A stretch of DNA of 64,000 nucleotides, from positions 56,218 through 120,217 of the forward strand of contig CAZWKN010000001.1 of the NCBI GenBank assembly GCA_964633995.1, given 5' to 3'. Under the pieces are notes generated by a model, which was given only the letters and a program-made list of their open reading frames with translations, made no database searches and was not told the DNA's origin. Shown piece by piece: positions 1-9,156 of the stretch. Origin of the DNA: an uncultured Gammaproteobacteria bacterium (lineage in GTDB: Bacteria > Patescibacteriota > Microgenomatia > CAZETR01 > Amesbacteraceae). Position 1 is the first letter of the stretch. Each line of letters opens with the position of its first letter. The position numbers and the translations under genes are program-made.

Positions 1-362
1 TCGAGTTCATGTTCGCCAGTAAAACACTTGCCAGCGTGGGTTTTGAAGCTAATGTTTGACGATTCCAGGGTGACCGGAATCGCGGTACCGTTAAATTTTA
101 TTCCCAAAAGCGATTCGAGATCTTTTTGGACAGCTAAGAAATCGTTGTGGTGTTTTTCCAAGAGGGCGTAATAGATTGTATATCCCAGGTTTCTGTTTCT
201 GCCGTCAATAAAACCTACTATTTCTGTAAATTTGGCTACTTGGATTTTGTGATTTTGTTTTTGCGATATAAGGGCGAGTAAATTTCTTAAAAGATCACTG
301 ATAGCGATTACCCTGTCTCTCTCGTCCGACCTGATTATTCCGGTTTTTCCTCCCGAGTCCAT
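1..362 (-). CDS. Partial hypothetical protein. The N-terminal ~120 aa read from position 362 down to 1 with no stop; the C-terminus runs off the window edge.
   Basis: Manual translation of the reverse strand gives MDSGGKTGIIRSDERDRVIAISDLLRNLL... with no stop to position 1. It is absent from the ORF track because it has no stop in the window. Its start abuts the start of the + ORF at 361, so one of the two starts is probably wrong. Confidence 0.3.
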   Translation of the reverse strand, partial: MDSGGKTGIIRSDERDRVIAISDLLRNLLALISQKQNHKIQVAKFTEIVGFIDGRNRNLGYTIYYALLEKHHNDFLAVQKDLESLLGIKFNGTAIPVTLESSNISFKTHAGKCFTGEHEL

Positions 363-1650
363 GGACGCAGAGATTGCAGAGATATTTGAAAGGCCGGCTT
401 TTACAAGTGATTTTAGGACGATCGGAGATCCGGTGCCCCCTCCGATAGTGACGATACTCAATCTTTTTGCCATTTTGATTTGGATTATAATCCTTCCAAT
501 GAATTTGGAAGTAGCGATAAAGGATAGCTACGCCCGGTTTGGGGTGGATTTATTTAGCATGGATTTTTGGGGCTTGAAGAGGAAGGATTGGAAACCGTGG
601 GTAGTCCAGCAGGAGTTGAGACACCGGCGTGGTAGGAGCGAGATTGTGGGAAGACTTAAGGAGGGTTTGGGTGAGCAGAGTGTGGAAGCAGAAGTGGCAG
701 AATTGTTTAGTGTGGCAGCGATCCCCTTGGGGAGAATTTTTACGGAACAGCTGGGTGTCGAGGAGTCATTAGCATGGGGAGGGAGAAGCCCTAGAGCGGC
801 CGACGAGATGGAAAAATGTTTAAGGTTGCCCTGGCGGGTGTTTGACAGACATCCTGAATATTATGAAATAGTGGTCACCTGGTTGAAATTAATGGACGAC
901 GATCAGCCAGAGGAACTAAAGGCAGATGCCTTAAAATTACAAAACATAGGATTTTTGCTGGCGCAAAGGGGTCTGCCAGTAATACTTTCCGTATTGGGAA
1001 ATTTTTTTTCCGAAGGACCAGAGTTTGAGGCGGATGCCAGGTTAATTTTGGGACATGAATCTAGTGGTCAGGTGCAGATGATTGAGGTGTTGCATGGGAT
1101 TATGGATAGATTGCATCCGGGTATGGTGAATGGCCAACCAAGTCATTTGGGTGGAGTGTGGCTAATGGGGGCTGGGTGGCAGGTGGCCTCTCCCACGAGT
1201 GGGGAAAGTCTGGATACGCGGGGATATGTACTAATGAGTAATCTTTTTAAATATGAACAAATGGCCAGAAGACTTTTTGTTGACCTTGGGCGAGAGGTTC
1301 CCCGGAATATCCGAAAATATATGCAGGCTTTGTACATTGCTCACGAATATGGGCATGGATTCGGAAGACAGGGTGGGTATTTGGAAGAGGCAGCGACAGA
1401 CGTTCCGTCAGTGCTGGCGGTTTTGGAAGCGATATTGGAACGAAAGCCAGGGTTTGAGGATATGAATGTGGATGATTTTTTGGTCGTTTGTCGGGGTGAA
1501 TATGGAGGTCAGGTGGGTTACGAGTCCCATGGGCTTTCGACATTTGAAAGTTATCCAGTTGCTAGTCAAATGGTTTTGGGGGCCATCTTGAATAAGGGGG
1601 TGACAAATGTGATGGGAGAATTGGAAAAATTACACGCGGGGCTTTTTTGA
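361..1650 (+). CDS. Hypothetical protein with an HExxH zinc-metallopeptidase-like motif (IAHEYGHGFG)
   Basis: 429-aa ORF from the track; the HEYGH motif is visible; no family recognised; the true start may be an internal Met. Confidence 0.45.
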   Translation: MDAEIAEIFERPAFTSDFRTIGDPVPPPIVTILNLFAILIWIIILPMNLEVAIKDSYARFGVDLFSMDFWGLKRKDWKPWVVQQELRHRRGRSEIVGRLKEGLGEQSVEAEVAELFSVAAIPLGRIFTEQLGVEESLAWGGRSPRAADEMEKCLRLPWRVFDRHPEYYEIVVTWLKLMDDDQPEELKADALKLQNIGFLLAQRGLPVILSVLGNFFSEGPEFEADARLILGHESSGQVQMIEVLHGIMDRLHPGMVNGQPSHLGGVWLMGAGWQVASPTSGESLDTRGYVLMSNLFKYEQMARRLFVDLGREVPRNIRKYMQALYIAHEYGHGFGRQGGYLEEAATDVPSVLAVLEAILERKPGFEDMNVDDFLVVCRGEYGGQVGYESHGLSTFESYPVASQMVLGAILNKGVTNVMGELEKLHAGLF

Positions 1651-2340
1651 TTTGAGCTTGCTGAGTTTGCTGCCCAATAAAAGTGCGTCAATCGAGGCGA
1701 TAAAAGTTCCAAGTGCTGCAATGCCAAAAAACATGACGATAATCGCTACTATGCGTCCGCCTGTGGTGATTGGAAAGATGTCGCCGTAACCTATGGTGGT
1801 GGAGGTAACAATTGCCCACCAGACTGCATCCCAAAAGTTGTGAAGATTGGGGTTGGTGCCATATTCAAACAGGTAAAAACCTGCAGCCCCTGAGATAATG
1901 ACAAAACAAACGGTTGTGGCTACATAGATTAGGTAAGCGTGACGGGTATATTCCAGCGAAGCCTCTAGCAAGATCCTGATGCGGATGATGAGACGGGCGA
2001 ATCTGAGTAGGTGGAGTAAGCTAATTTTACCCACCAGATTGATTAGTAGAAACTGTTTTGAAAGCGGCGTAATAAAAGGAACGGCCGCTAACAGTTCCCA
2101 CCAATGTCGTTGCCAAAATTTGTTCTTGTGTGGGGAGTTGTGATAGTGCAGAAAAAAGTCGATTAAAAATAAAATAGAGATAATCAGATCAAGCTCACCT
2201 AAAAATTTGTGTTGGGCCAGATTGAGAGTCGAGAAGACTTCAATAATCAAAAGAACTACGCCAGCTACCGCCAGGCCTACCATAACAATTTCTTTTAGAG
2301 TGGAGATTTTTATGGGTTTACGAGTTGTTTTTGTATTCAT
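1630..2340 (-). CDS. Voltage-sensor-containing potassium channel (Kv/KvAP-like; 6TM)
   Basis: TTIGYGD selectivity-filter signature. An S4-like segment has Arg every third residue (RFARLIIRIRILL). Multiple TM helices are present. Confidence 0.85.
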   Translation of the reverse strand: MNTKTTRKPIKISTLKEIVMVGLAVAGVVLLIIEVFSTLNLAQHKFLGELDLIISILFLIDFFLHYHNSPHKNKFWQRHWWELLAAVPFITPLSKQFLLINLVGKISLLHLLRFARLIIRIRILLEASLEYTRHAYLIYVATTVCFVIISGAAGFYLFEYGTNPNLHNFWDAVWWAIVTSTTIGYGDIFPITTGGRIVAIIVMFFGIAALGTFIASIDALLLGSKLSKLKSKKPRV

Positions 2341-2368
2341 GCTAAACTCTTCTTAGAGAAGGATGGAG

Positions 2369-2686
2369 TTACCGAAGATAGGCCGAATAAATAAGAAGTG
2401 ATACTAGATAAAAAAGAGACCAACAGGTGGTAAGGGCGATTAGGCGAATTGCTGACGAAATTTGTCTCTTTTCCCAAAACAGAACTGCTGCCACGCCAAA
2501 ATAAATCAAGGCGCAAATTACGGCAGATGTTACAAAAAGGGTTAGAAAAGTCATGGGGCCTAATATGCTGGGGGGTTTGCCAAAAAGGTCACCGCCTTTG
2601 ATCATAAGCATGCCGACTAAGCTGCAATAAAAAAGCAGGGCCGTGGCTTGGAGGAAGGCAGTAAACCCAAGAGAAAACTTTTTCAC
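2369..2686 (-). CDS. Small hypothetical membrane protein (3 predicted TM helices)
   Basis: 105-aa hydrophobic ORF, convergent with the channel gene; no motif recognised. Confidence 0.35.
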   Translation of the reverse strand: MKKFSLGFTAFLQATALLFYCSLVGMLMIKGGDLFGKPPSILGPMTFLTLFVTSAVICALIYFGVAAVLFWEKRQISSAIRLIALTTCWSLFYLVSLLIYSAYLR

Positions 2687-2725
2687 TGAAAGTATTATGA
2701 CACAAAGGTCAAGAGAAAATGTACA

Positions 2726-5110
2726 ATGGTAAATATGGATGGATTGACTGAATTGGAAGCTGGGAAGAGACTGGATAAATACGGCGAAAATTCGTTGTCG
2801 TTTGAAAAAAAAGCATCTATTGTCGAGGAATTTTTGTCCAATTTTAAAAGTCCGCTGGTTATAGTTCTTTTAATAATCGTGGGGGTTTCTGTGGCCCTAA
2901 GAAACATGGTGGATGCCTTGATGGTATTGGCGATGATAGTTTTGAGTGTGACGCTAAATTTTTTTCAGGAACATAAGGCCAGTAGGGCTTCGGAAAAATT
3001 AAAAGGGAAAGTGGCTTTGAGATGTGTTGTGATTCGGGGTGGAGTCGAGACGGAAATACTAGCAAGTAAAGTAGTGCCTGGTGACATTTTGGAATTAAAC
3101 GCCGGGGATATAGTGGCGGCGGATGCGAAACTTTTGGCTGCCAAAGATGTGTTTGTAAACCAATCCGCTTTGACGGGAGAATCTTTTCCTTTGGAAAGAA
3201 ACGACGGTGACGAAGTATTTGCGGGGACTTTTGTAGTGACGGGAACTGCCAGGGCAATAGTGATAAAAACAGGTGTAAATACCGAGTTTGGCAAAATAGC
3301 TAAAAGCATTAAAGAAGAAAGGGATGATAATGAATTTACGCTAGGGGTGAAGGATTTTAGCAATTTTATTTTACGGATAATTGTAATTTTTGTGGTGGTT
3401 GTGTTTCTGGGTAATGTGTTTATTAAACACGACATCGCCTTATCAATAATGTTTGCGGTAGCAGTTGCGGTGGGGCTTATTCCGGAATTTTTGCCTATGA
3501 TTATGACGGTTACCATGAGCCGGGGATCTATAAACATGGCGAAAAGAGGGGTGATTGTAAAAAAATTGACGGCAATTCCTACGTTTGGGGGGATGGATAT
3601 TTTGTGCACGGACAAGACGGGTACACTGACAGAAGATCATATTCGTTTGGTAAAGTATGTGGACTTGAAGGGGAAGGAATCGGAAGAAGTTTTTCGTTAC
3701 GCATATTTGAACAGTTTCTTTCAGACGGGAATTACTAATCCGTTGGACAAGGCGGTGGTGGATTACAAAATGATAGACACCTCTGCTTGTAAAAAAATTG
3801 ATGAAATTCCGTTTGATTTCGAAAGAAAAAAAATGAGTGTGGTGGTGGATACTAGCGAAGGCAGGTTTTTGGTATCAAAGGGGGCTCCGGAAGAAATAGT
3901 AAAAGGGAACAAAAAGTATTTGGACATATATGAGAGGTTGAGTAGGGATGGATACCGAGTGTTGGCTATTGCAGTAAAAAAAATACCTAAGAATAAAAAC
4001 AGTTATTCTAAATCGGATGAAGTCGGGTTGACGCCAATGGGTTTTGTAGCGTTTTTGGATCCCCCTAGGCCGGGAGTTAAGGAGGCAATTGATGCTGTCG
4101 AGGCGATGGGGATAGAAGTAAAGGTGATAACCGGGGACAATGAATTAGTAACTCGGAAAGTGTGTTTGGATGCGGGTATTTTGGTTAAAGGGTTAATGGT
4201 GGGTGGGGAGGTAGATGGTTTAACTGATGAAGAGTTGTATCAACGGGCAACGGCATGTACGATTTTTGCACGATTTTCGCCTGTACAAAAAGCTAGGGTA
4301 ATTTCAGTGCTTAAGATGCATGGGAGGGTGGTGGGATATATGGGCGATGGAATTAACGATGCTCCGTCACTTAGGGCGGCTGACGTGGGGATTTCGGTAG
4401 CCAATGCGGTGGATGTAGCCCGGGAGTCGGCGGATATTATTTTGACGCATAAAAGTTTACATGAGTTGAGAAACGGAGTGATCGAAGGGCGGAAAACGTT
4501 TGGAAATACCATGAAATATATCATGATGGGGTTGTCTAGTAATTTCGGAAATATGTTTTCCGTATTGGGAGCGGTTGTGTTTTTGCCGTTTTTGCCGATG
4601 TTGCCAATTCAGATATTGCTGAACAACTTTTTGTACGACGTAAGTCAGCTTAGTCTGCCCTTTGACGAGGTAGATGCAGAGTTTGTAAAAATGCCAAAGA
4701 GGTGGGATGTGGGAATGCTGAAGAATTTTATGCTGACGTTTGGCCCGATAAGTTCAATATTTGATGTCATTACTTTTGTGGTGTTGTATGGATTTTTCAA
4801 AAACATGCCTGGCAGTTTTCAAACTGGATGGTTTATGGAGAGTTTGGCCACTCAAACTTTGGTGATTCATATCATCAGGACTAGAAAATTGCCGCTTATT
4901 CAAAGCGTTGCCAGTCCGCTGTTGTGGATATCGACGCTTACAGTGGTGGGGGTGGGTTGGATTTTGCCCATGTCGTCACTAGGAAGATGGTTTGGGTTTA
5001 CTCAATTGCCCATTGGTGTGATTGCCTTGCTGGCAGCTATTGTTGGAGGATATTTGGTAGTGGTAGAGGTTGGAAAATGGATGTTTTACCGACGGTGGGG
5101 TGGATTATAA
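2726..5110 (+). CDS. mgtA: Cation-transporting P-type ATPase, MgtA-like
   Basis: DKTGTLT phosphorylation motif, GDGINDAPSL hinge motif and TGES-like TGESFP motif. The N-terminus is MgtA-like; 794 aa. Confidence 0.85.
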   Translation: MVNMDGLTELEAGKRLDKYGENSLSFEKKASIVEEFLSNFKSPLVIVLLIIVGVSVALRNMVDALMVLAMIVLSVTLNFFQEHKASRASEKLKGKVALRCVVIRGGVETEILASKVVPGDILELNAGDIVAADAKLLAAKDVFVNQSALTGESFPLERNDGDEVFAGTFVVTGTARAIVIKTGVNTEFGKIAKSIKEERDDNEFTLGVKDFSNFILRIIVIFVVVVFLGNVFIKHDIALSIMFAVAVAVGLIPEFLPMIMTVTMSRGSINMAKRGVIVKKLTAIPTFGGMDILCTDKTGTLTEDHIRLVKYVDLKGKESEEVFRYAYLNSFFQTGITNPLDKAVVDYKMIDTSACKKIDEIPFDFERKKMSVVVDTSEGRFLVSKGAPEEIVKGNKKYLDIYERLSRDGYRVLAIAVKKIPKNKNSYSKSDEVGLTPMGFVAFLDPPRPGVKEAIDAVEAMGIEVKVITGDNELVTRKVCLDAGILVKGLMVGGEVDGLTDEELYQRATACTIFARFSPVQKARVISVLKMHGRVVGYMGDGINDAPSLRAADVGISVANAVDVARESADIILTHKSLHELRNGVIEGRKTFGNTMKYIMMGLSSNFGNMFSVLGAVVFLPFLPMLPIQILLNNFLYDVSQLSLPFDEVDAEFVKMPKRWDVGMLKNFMLTFGPISSIFDVITFVVLYGFFKNMPGSFQTGWFMESLATQTLVIHIIRTRKLPLIQSVASPLLWISTLTVVGVGWILPMSSLGRWFGFTQLPIGVIALLAAIVGGYLVVVEVGKWMFYRRWGGL

Positions 5111-5544
5111 TTGTAGTTGTGAATAAGTTATACGTAACTATTTTTGCTGTAGTGTTGGTTTTTTTGGTTGGTGGAGGTTGGTATTTGGTCAACAAAAAAG
5201 CAGAGCAGATGAAGAACTCTGTATACGTGCTAGAAATTCCTCGGCCAAACACCAAAGTGGTTGACGACTTTGTCATTAGAGGAAAAGCTAAGCACACATT
5301 AGACGATTTAATTTTTTATGCTATTTATGACGCTAAATATAAGAATGAAAACGGGACAGAACTGGGGCTTAATATGGGAAGTATCAGAATAAAAGATGGC
5401 TTTTTCGAGGCTCATTTAAAAAGCGTCTACCCAGAAAGTAGCGGGCAGATTGTATTGGAGCTGTATACGTATGATCCGGGTGACTTAAAGTACGAGAAAC
5501 GAATTAATATTTCGAAGATTCCGCTCGTTCTTAAGCGAGATTAG
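5077..5544 (+). CDS. Hypothetical membrane-anchored protein
   Basis: The track ORF 4924..5544 overlaps the mgtA 3' end. The in-frame ATG at 5077 (MDVLPTVGW...) gives an N-terminal TM helix and a short overlap. Confidence 0.4.
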   Translation: MDVLPTVGWIIIVVVNKLYVTIFAVVLVFLVGGGWYLVNKKAEQMKNSVYVLEIPRPNTKVVDDFVIRGKAKHTLDDLIFYAIYDAKYKNENGTELGLNMGSIRIKDGFFEAHLKSVYPESSGQIVLELYTYDPGDLKYEKRINISKIPLVLKRD

Positions 5545-5595
5545 TTGTGGTAAAAATGGATTTTTGGATGGGATTGAGTATAATCCGTTCATATT

Positions 5596-6480
5596 ATGGT
5601 GCCAGAAGTGGTGACAAATACAGAGGTTAGCCGGTCTGTGGCGGACGCCGTTGTGGATGAGGCCGGAAAATGGAAGTTGCCTAGGGGATTGGTGTATGTG
5701 GCCAGTATTTATAATGCCTTTGTACCGTTGGCTGTGCGGACTTTGGATGGGGATGGGTGGGGTGTGCAAACAACTGATTTTACTGTGCGTCAGGAAAATA
5801 GGTTGAAAGTCGCCATTACAAGTACGCAATATGCGATCAATAGTCTTAGGTCTGGTGGTGAGCAGCGGAAATATGAAAGGGAAAAGGAGAGAACGCCGGC
5901 AAGTTATGGTGATTTTTATTTCGATTTTATCGGAAGGTCAGTATACTTGGCCGAAATGGGGATGGTGGCGACTTTTGTGGCCGAAAATGTAGATGCTGCT
6001 AATTCAGAAGATTTGGTGAAGAGTTCGCTTGGCCCAGGTTTCCAAAGTGAAAAGAATAGGTTTGGCTTGTTGGATTTATTATCTGAAGGACTGAAAAATA
6101 ATACACAAAGACTTACTTCGAATGCCACGGCGGTGGCGTTAATTGGATTGAATACTTTTGTTGATAACTGTGGATCAAATGATCCGTTGTTGGTGTCGTT
6201 ACAGACTCTTGGGCCATTGAATATGGGAGTATATGGGGTAGTTGCAAGTAAGGCCAGGGCAGTGATTAGAGCTGCGGTACCGTCGGGGATGGCTCAGACT
6301 AGTAGGGAACACTTGTCCCAAATTGAGGGTGGAGTGCTGGTAAGGGTCGCTGATTCGTTGGGAGTAAGAAATCGAGTGGTTGCTGTTGGTGGTCTTAGGC
6401 CTGGTCAGGCGGATTTGAACTTGATACGGGAAGTGGCAGTTAATAATCCAATGTTGGGTGTGTCAATTTTGGGTTTGTAG
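5596..6480 (+). CDS. Hypothetical protein
   Basis: 294-aa ORF; no recognisable motifs. Confidence 0.45.
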   Translation: MVPEVVTNTEVSRSVADAVVDEAGKWKLPRGLVYVASIYNAFVPLAVRTLDGDGWGVQTTDFTVRQENRLKVAITSTQYAINSLRSGGEQRKYEREKERTPASYGDFYFDFIGRSVYLAEMGMVATFVAENVDAANSEDLVKSSLGPGFQSEKNRFGLLDLLSEGLKNNTQRLTSNATAVALIGLNTFVDNCGSNDPLLVSLQTLGPLNMGVYGVVASKARAVIRAAVPSGMAQTSREHLSQIEGGVLVRVADSLGVRNRVVAVGGLRPGQADLNLIREVAVNNPMLGVSILGL

Positions 6481-6772
6481 GGAGGATATTGTGGCGATAG
6501 AAAGATTACTGGAGTCGCTTTTAAATGGGGAGTATTTCCATTGTCGACCGATAGCGGGTGGGCCGACAGTTAAGGCGATAGTGACTAGTCCAACAGACGA
6601 CACAATTCCAAATATTAAGAGGGCCATCTTGTGCCCCGTAAGACAATCTGGGGGCGTGTGTGGGTTGAGAGACCTGCTCGGTGTCAGAGGTCCCAGGCGC
6701 TGTTTGTGGCATAGGGGGGATGGAACTTGGTATTTGATTTATGGACCAATAACTGACAAGAAAACTGAGTAG
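6458..6772 (+). CDS. Hypothetical small protein (start uncertain)
   Basis: 104-aa ORF overlapping the previous stop; no motif. Confidence 0.25.
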   Translation: MCQFWVCREDIVAIERLLESLLNGEYFHCRPIAGGPTVKAIVTSPTDDTIPNIKRAILCPVRQSGGVCGLRDLLGVRGPRRCLWHRGDGTWYLIYGPITDKKTE

Positions 6773-6809
6773 GGAACTTTTATTTTAATAACTGCGGACT
6801 ATAATTCCA

Positions 6810-7289
6810 GTGATGAGGGTGACAACGCTTTGTTACTTTATAGATAAGGATGCTTCTAAAGTCTTATTGGGGAAGAAATTGAGAGGAAGAGGCATGGGAA
6901 AGTTTAATGGTTATGGTGGGAAGAGGGAAAAAGATGAGTCGGTTCTTGCTTGTTTGAATAGGGAATGTCAGGAAGAGGCCCAAATCATCCCCATCAATCC
7001 AATAGAGCGGGGCAAAATCCTGTATAGATTTTATGTTCCAGGGGTGGATGAGGTCCAGACGTTGCAGGTATATGTATTTACTTGTAACCAAATGAGTGGG
7101 AAACCGACCGTCTCTGACGAGATGGAGCCCCATTGGTTTAATTTGACTGACTTGCCATGGGACCAGATGGAGACAAACGATAAATTGTGGCTTTTAACCC
7201 TGCTTACAACTCGCAAAAACATCGATGCCTATTTAACTTTTGATCAAGACAACAACCAACTTCCCGAAAGCTACATCAATTGGAAATAA
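6810..7289 (+). CDS. NUDIX hydrolase (MutT-like)
   Basis: Nudix box GGKREKDESVLACLNRECQEEAQI (GX5EX7REUXEEXGU pattern). Confidence 0.7.
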   Translation: MMRVTTLCYFIDKDASKVLLGKKLRGRGMGKFNGYGGKREKDESVLACLNRECQEEAQIIPINPIERGKILYRFYVPGVDEVQTLQVYVFTCNQMSGKPTVSDEMEPHWFNLTDLPWDQMETNDKLWLLTLLTTRKNIDAYLTFDQDNNQLPESYINWK

Positions 7290-7346
7290 TTTTTGAGGGC
7301 TATCAAATTGTAACAAAGGCCTCAAAACCGCTATACTAACGAAGGT

Positions 7347-7901
7347 ATGCCAAATAAGACACTCAGAATTTTGTTTGCTTGTAATGCTATTTTTGTTTTT
7401 GCTGGAAATTTGCTGGGGCCTCTTTATGCGGTTTTTGTCCAAGGCATTAAGCACGACATCCCTACTATCAGTGGTAGCTGGGCGGTGTATTTGGTTTCCA
7501 CTACCATTTTTATGGTTTTATTTACGGGTATTCATGATCGGGGGTTACATAAAAAGAGGTTGTTGGTGGGGGCATATTTGGTAAGAGCTGTGGTCTGGGC
7601 GTCGTATTCTATGGTTAATGGATTAGGTTTTCTTTTGATTCTTCAGGTTGTTTTGGGGTTGGGCGAAGCAATGGGTACTCCAGCATTTGATGCAATTTTT
7701 GCGGAACACTTGGATCGCGGAAAACATCTGGCGGATTATTCGGAATGGCAGGTGGTTAATAATTTTGTTTTGGCAATCGGGACGTTTATGGGTGGTTTGA
7801 TTGTGTCTAATTTTGGGTTTAAGCCTTTGTTTTTATTGATGTCCGGACTAGCTTTGTTGTCTGCCGCGACTGCCTATCTGAAACTAAAAAGTGTCAGGTA
7901 G
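7347..7901 (+). CDS. MFS-like membrane protein (only ~6 TM; half-size, possibly truncated)
   Basis: 184 aa with hydrophobic helices and an MFS-like GxLxDRxGxKK-type loop (GIHDRGLHKKRLL). Confidence 0.4.
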   Translation: MPNKTLRILFACNAIFVFAGNLLGPLYAVFVQGIKHDIPTISGSWAVYLVSTTIFMVLFTGIHDRGLHKKRLLVGAYLVRAVVWASYSMVNGLGFLLILQVVLGLGEAMGTPAFDAIFAEHLDRGKHLADYSEWQVVNNFVLAIGTFMGGLIVSNFGFKPLFLLMSGLALLSAATAYLKLKSVR

Positions 7902-7947
7902 ATAGAGTCGTGTGAGATAGTTCTGGGGTTTAGGTTATAATCCGAAT

Positions 7948-8280
7948 ATGGTCAAGTTGGTAGACAAACCAGTTGAGAGTGGAGAACTGGTTGGAATGGC
8001 GGAAGAGATTGGAGGCTTTTATATCAAGGTAGTAATTGATATAAAAAGGGAAATTTTGTGTGCCGGGGCGAAAATGCATATTGATGAGGAGCAACTGTTG
8101 TTGGACCAAGGGAGTGAACAGGGAAATTTGTGGGGAGGTGGATATGATCTGGAAACAAAACAGGTGACTTTTGATTCAATTATCAATAATAAGCCAGGCG
8201 TAAATTCTAGTTCGGATATCTTGGATCCTAAAGTCCGAAAAAGATTTGAGCAAGTTATTAGATGGTTGTTAAATTTATGA
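7948..8280 (+). CDS. Hypothetical protein
   Basis: 110-aa ORF. Confidence 0.35.
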   Translation: MVKLVDKPVESGELVGMAEEIGGFYIKVVIDIKREILCAGAKMHIDEEQLLLDQGSEQGNLWGGGYDLETKQVTFDSIINNKPGVNSSSDILDPKVRKRFEQVIRWLLNL

Positions 8281-8507
8281 CTAAGCAGCAAATTTGGCAG
8301 ACCATTGCTTTGGATTTAAAAAGGGCGGCTAACTATATGGCAGTGGGCAGTAAGAGCAAGGCTGACTACTACCTGAATGAGGCTAAAAGTTTGTATGAAA
8401 CACAAGAGGTTGGGGGGGGCATGAAGAAAATCGAGCGATTTATTAAGTTTGATGGGAACGCTGAGGATCTATTGCTTTCGGGGTGTCTGATTTCGACTAG
8501 GGTTTAG
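8262..8507 (+). CDS. Hypothetical protein
   Basis: 81-aa ORF overlapping the previous stop. Confidence 0.3.
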   Translation: MVVKFMTKQQIWQTIALDLKRAANYMAVGSKSKADYYLNEAKSLYETQEVGGGMKKIERFIKFDGNAEDLLLSGCLISTRV

Positions 8508-8749
8508 TGTTATTTTCTTGTTCAACGTCAGTCTTAAGACCATGGCCAAGTTCCTGAAGGGCATTTTCTTTAAGGGTACTCCCATCTCTAAAGAATGGAA
8601 GATTGAAACCAAATCCGGTTCGCGAGGCGACTATAATAGCCATGACAAACCTACCCATCTTTTCCAATCTTTCTTTCCAACCAGTGGTAGGCACACTTTC
8701 AGTCATGGCTATATTGTAACCGGAATAATGCTCGCTGTCAAACTATAGG

Positions 8750-9156
8750 TCTAAATGAGAGGGCTGTGAGCCATTTCGTTTTTACATTTAGGACATTTCA
8801 TAAACTATCTGACTTAAGTTAGCAGATGATATTATTGATGGCAATTTTGCAGCCCTGGATGGAGGACATTCGAACCTATTGTGCACAAATTTGACAGATT
8901 ATAGGGATGGGTGGTACCATTCGTCTACAATTTGCAAAAGCGGTGAGAGTGCTCGCAACACTTTAGCTGAGGCAGGAAATGGCCTACGGGTAAGCCCGTG
9001 ATAGCAGTAAATGAGGAGACTCAAACAGTTCGTCAAGGTTTAACGACTGTTTTTTAGTTTTTGAGTCTCGAAAATAGGGTGGTACAGCGATAACGCTTCG
9101 AGTCGCCCCTTTTGGATCTAAGGTTTTTTGCTTTGGATACAAGAGGGGCGATTTTT
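8750..9156 (+). promoter_or_regulatory. Candidate T-box-like riboswitch leader. It has two GGGTGGTAC motifs (8908-8917, 9081-9089) and a GC-rich hairpin (9103-9110 pairs with 9142-9151) plus a T-tract ending at the ATG at 9157.
   Basis: The 400-nt ORF-free leader contains AAATAGGGTGGTACAGCG, matching 16 of 18 positions of the canonical T-box sequence AATTAGGGTGGNACCGCG. The downstream 8-bp GC stem TCGCCCCT/AGGGGCGA includes the SD-like GAGGGG and is followed by TTTTT and then ATG. Confidence 0.4.

Noticed and set aside
2965-3615. 216-aa minus-strand ORF
   Set aside because: Antisense inside the mgtA-like P-type ATPase gene, which has unambiguous motifs.
8750-9110. Possible tmRNA or RNase P RNA in the long noncoding stretch
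   Set aside because: No tRNA-like acceptor pairing, no RNase P GGAAAGUCCGGGCUCC or AGGGUGAAA motifs, and no tmRNA tag or 3' CCA context. The T-box-like motif is the better explanation.
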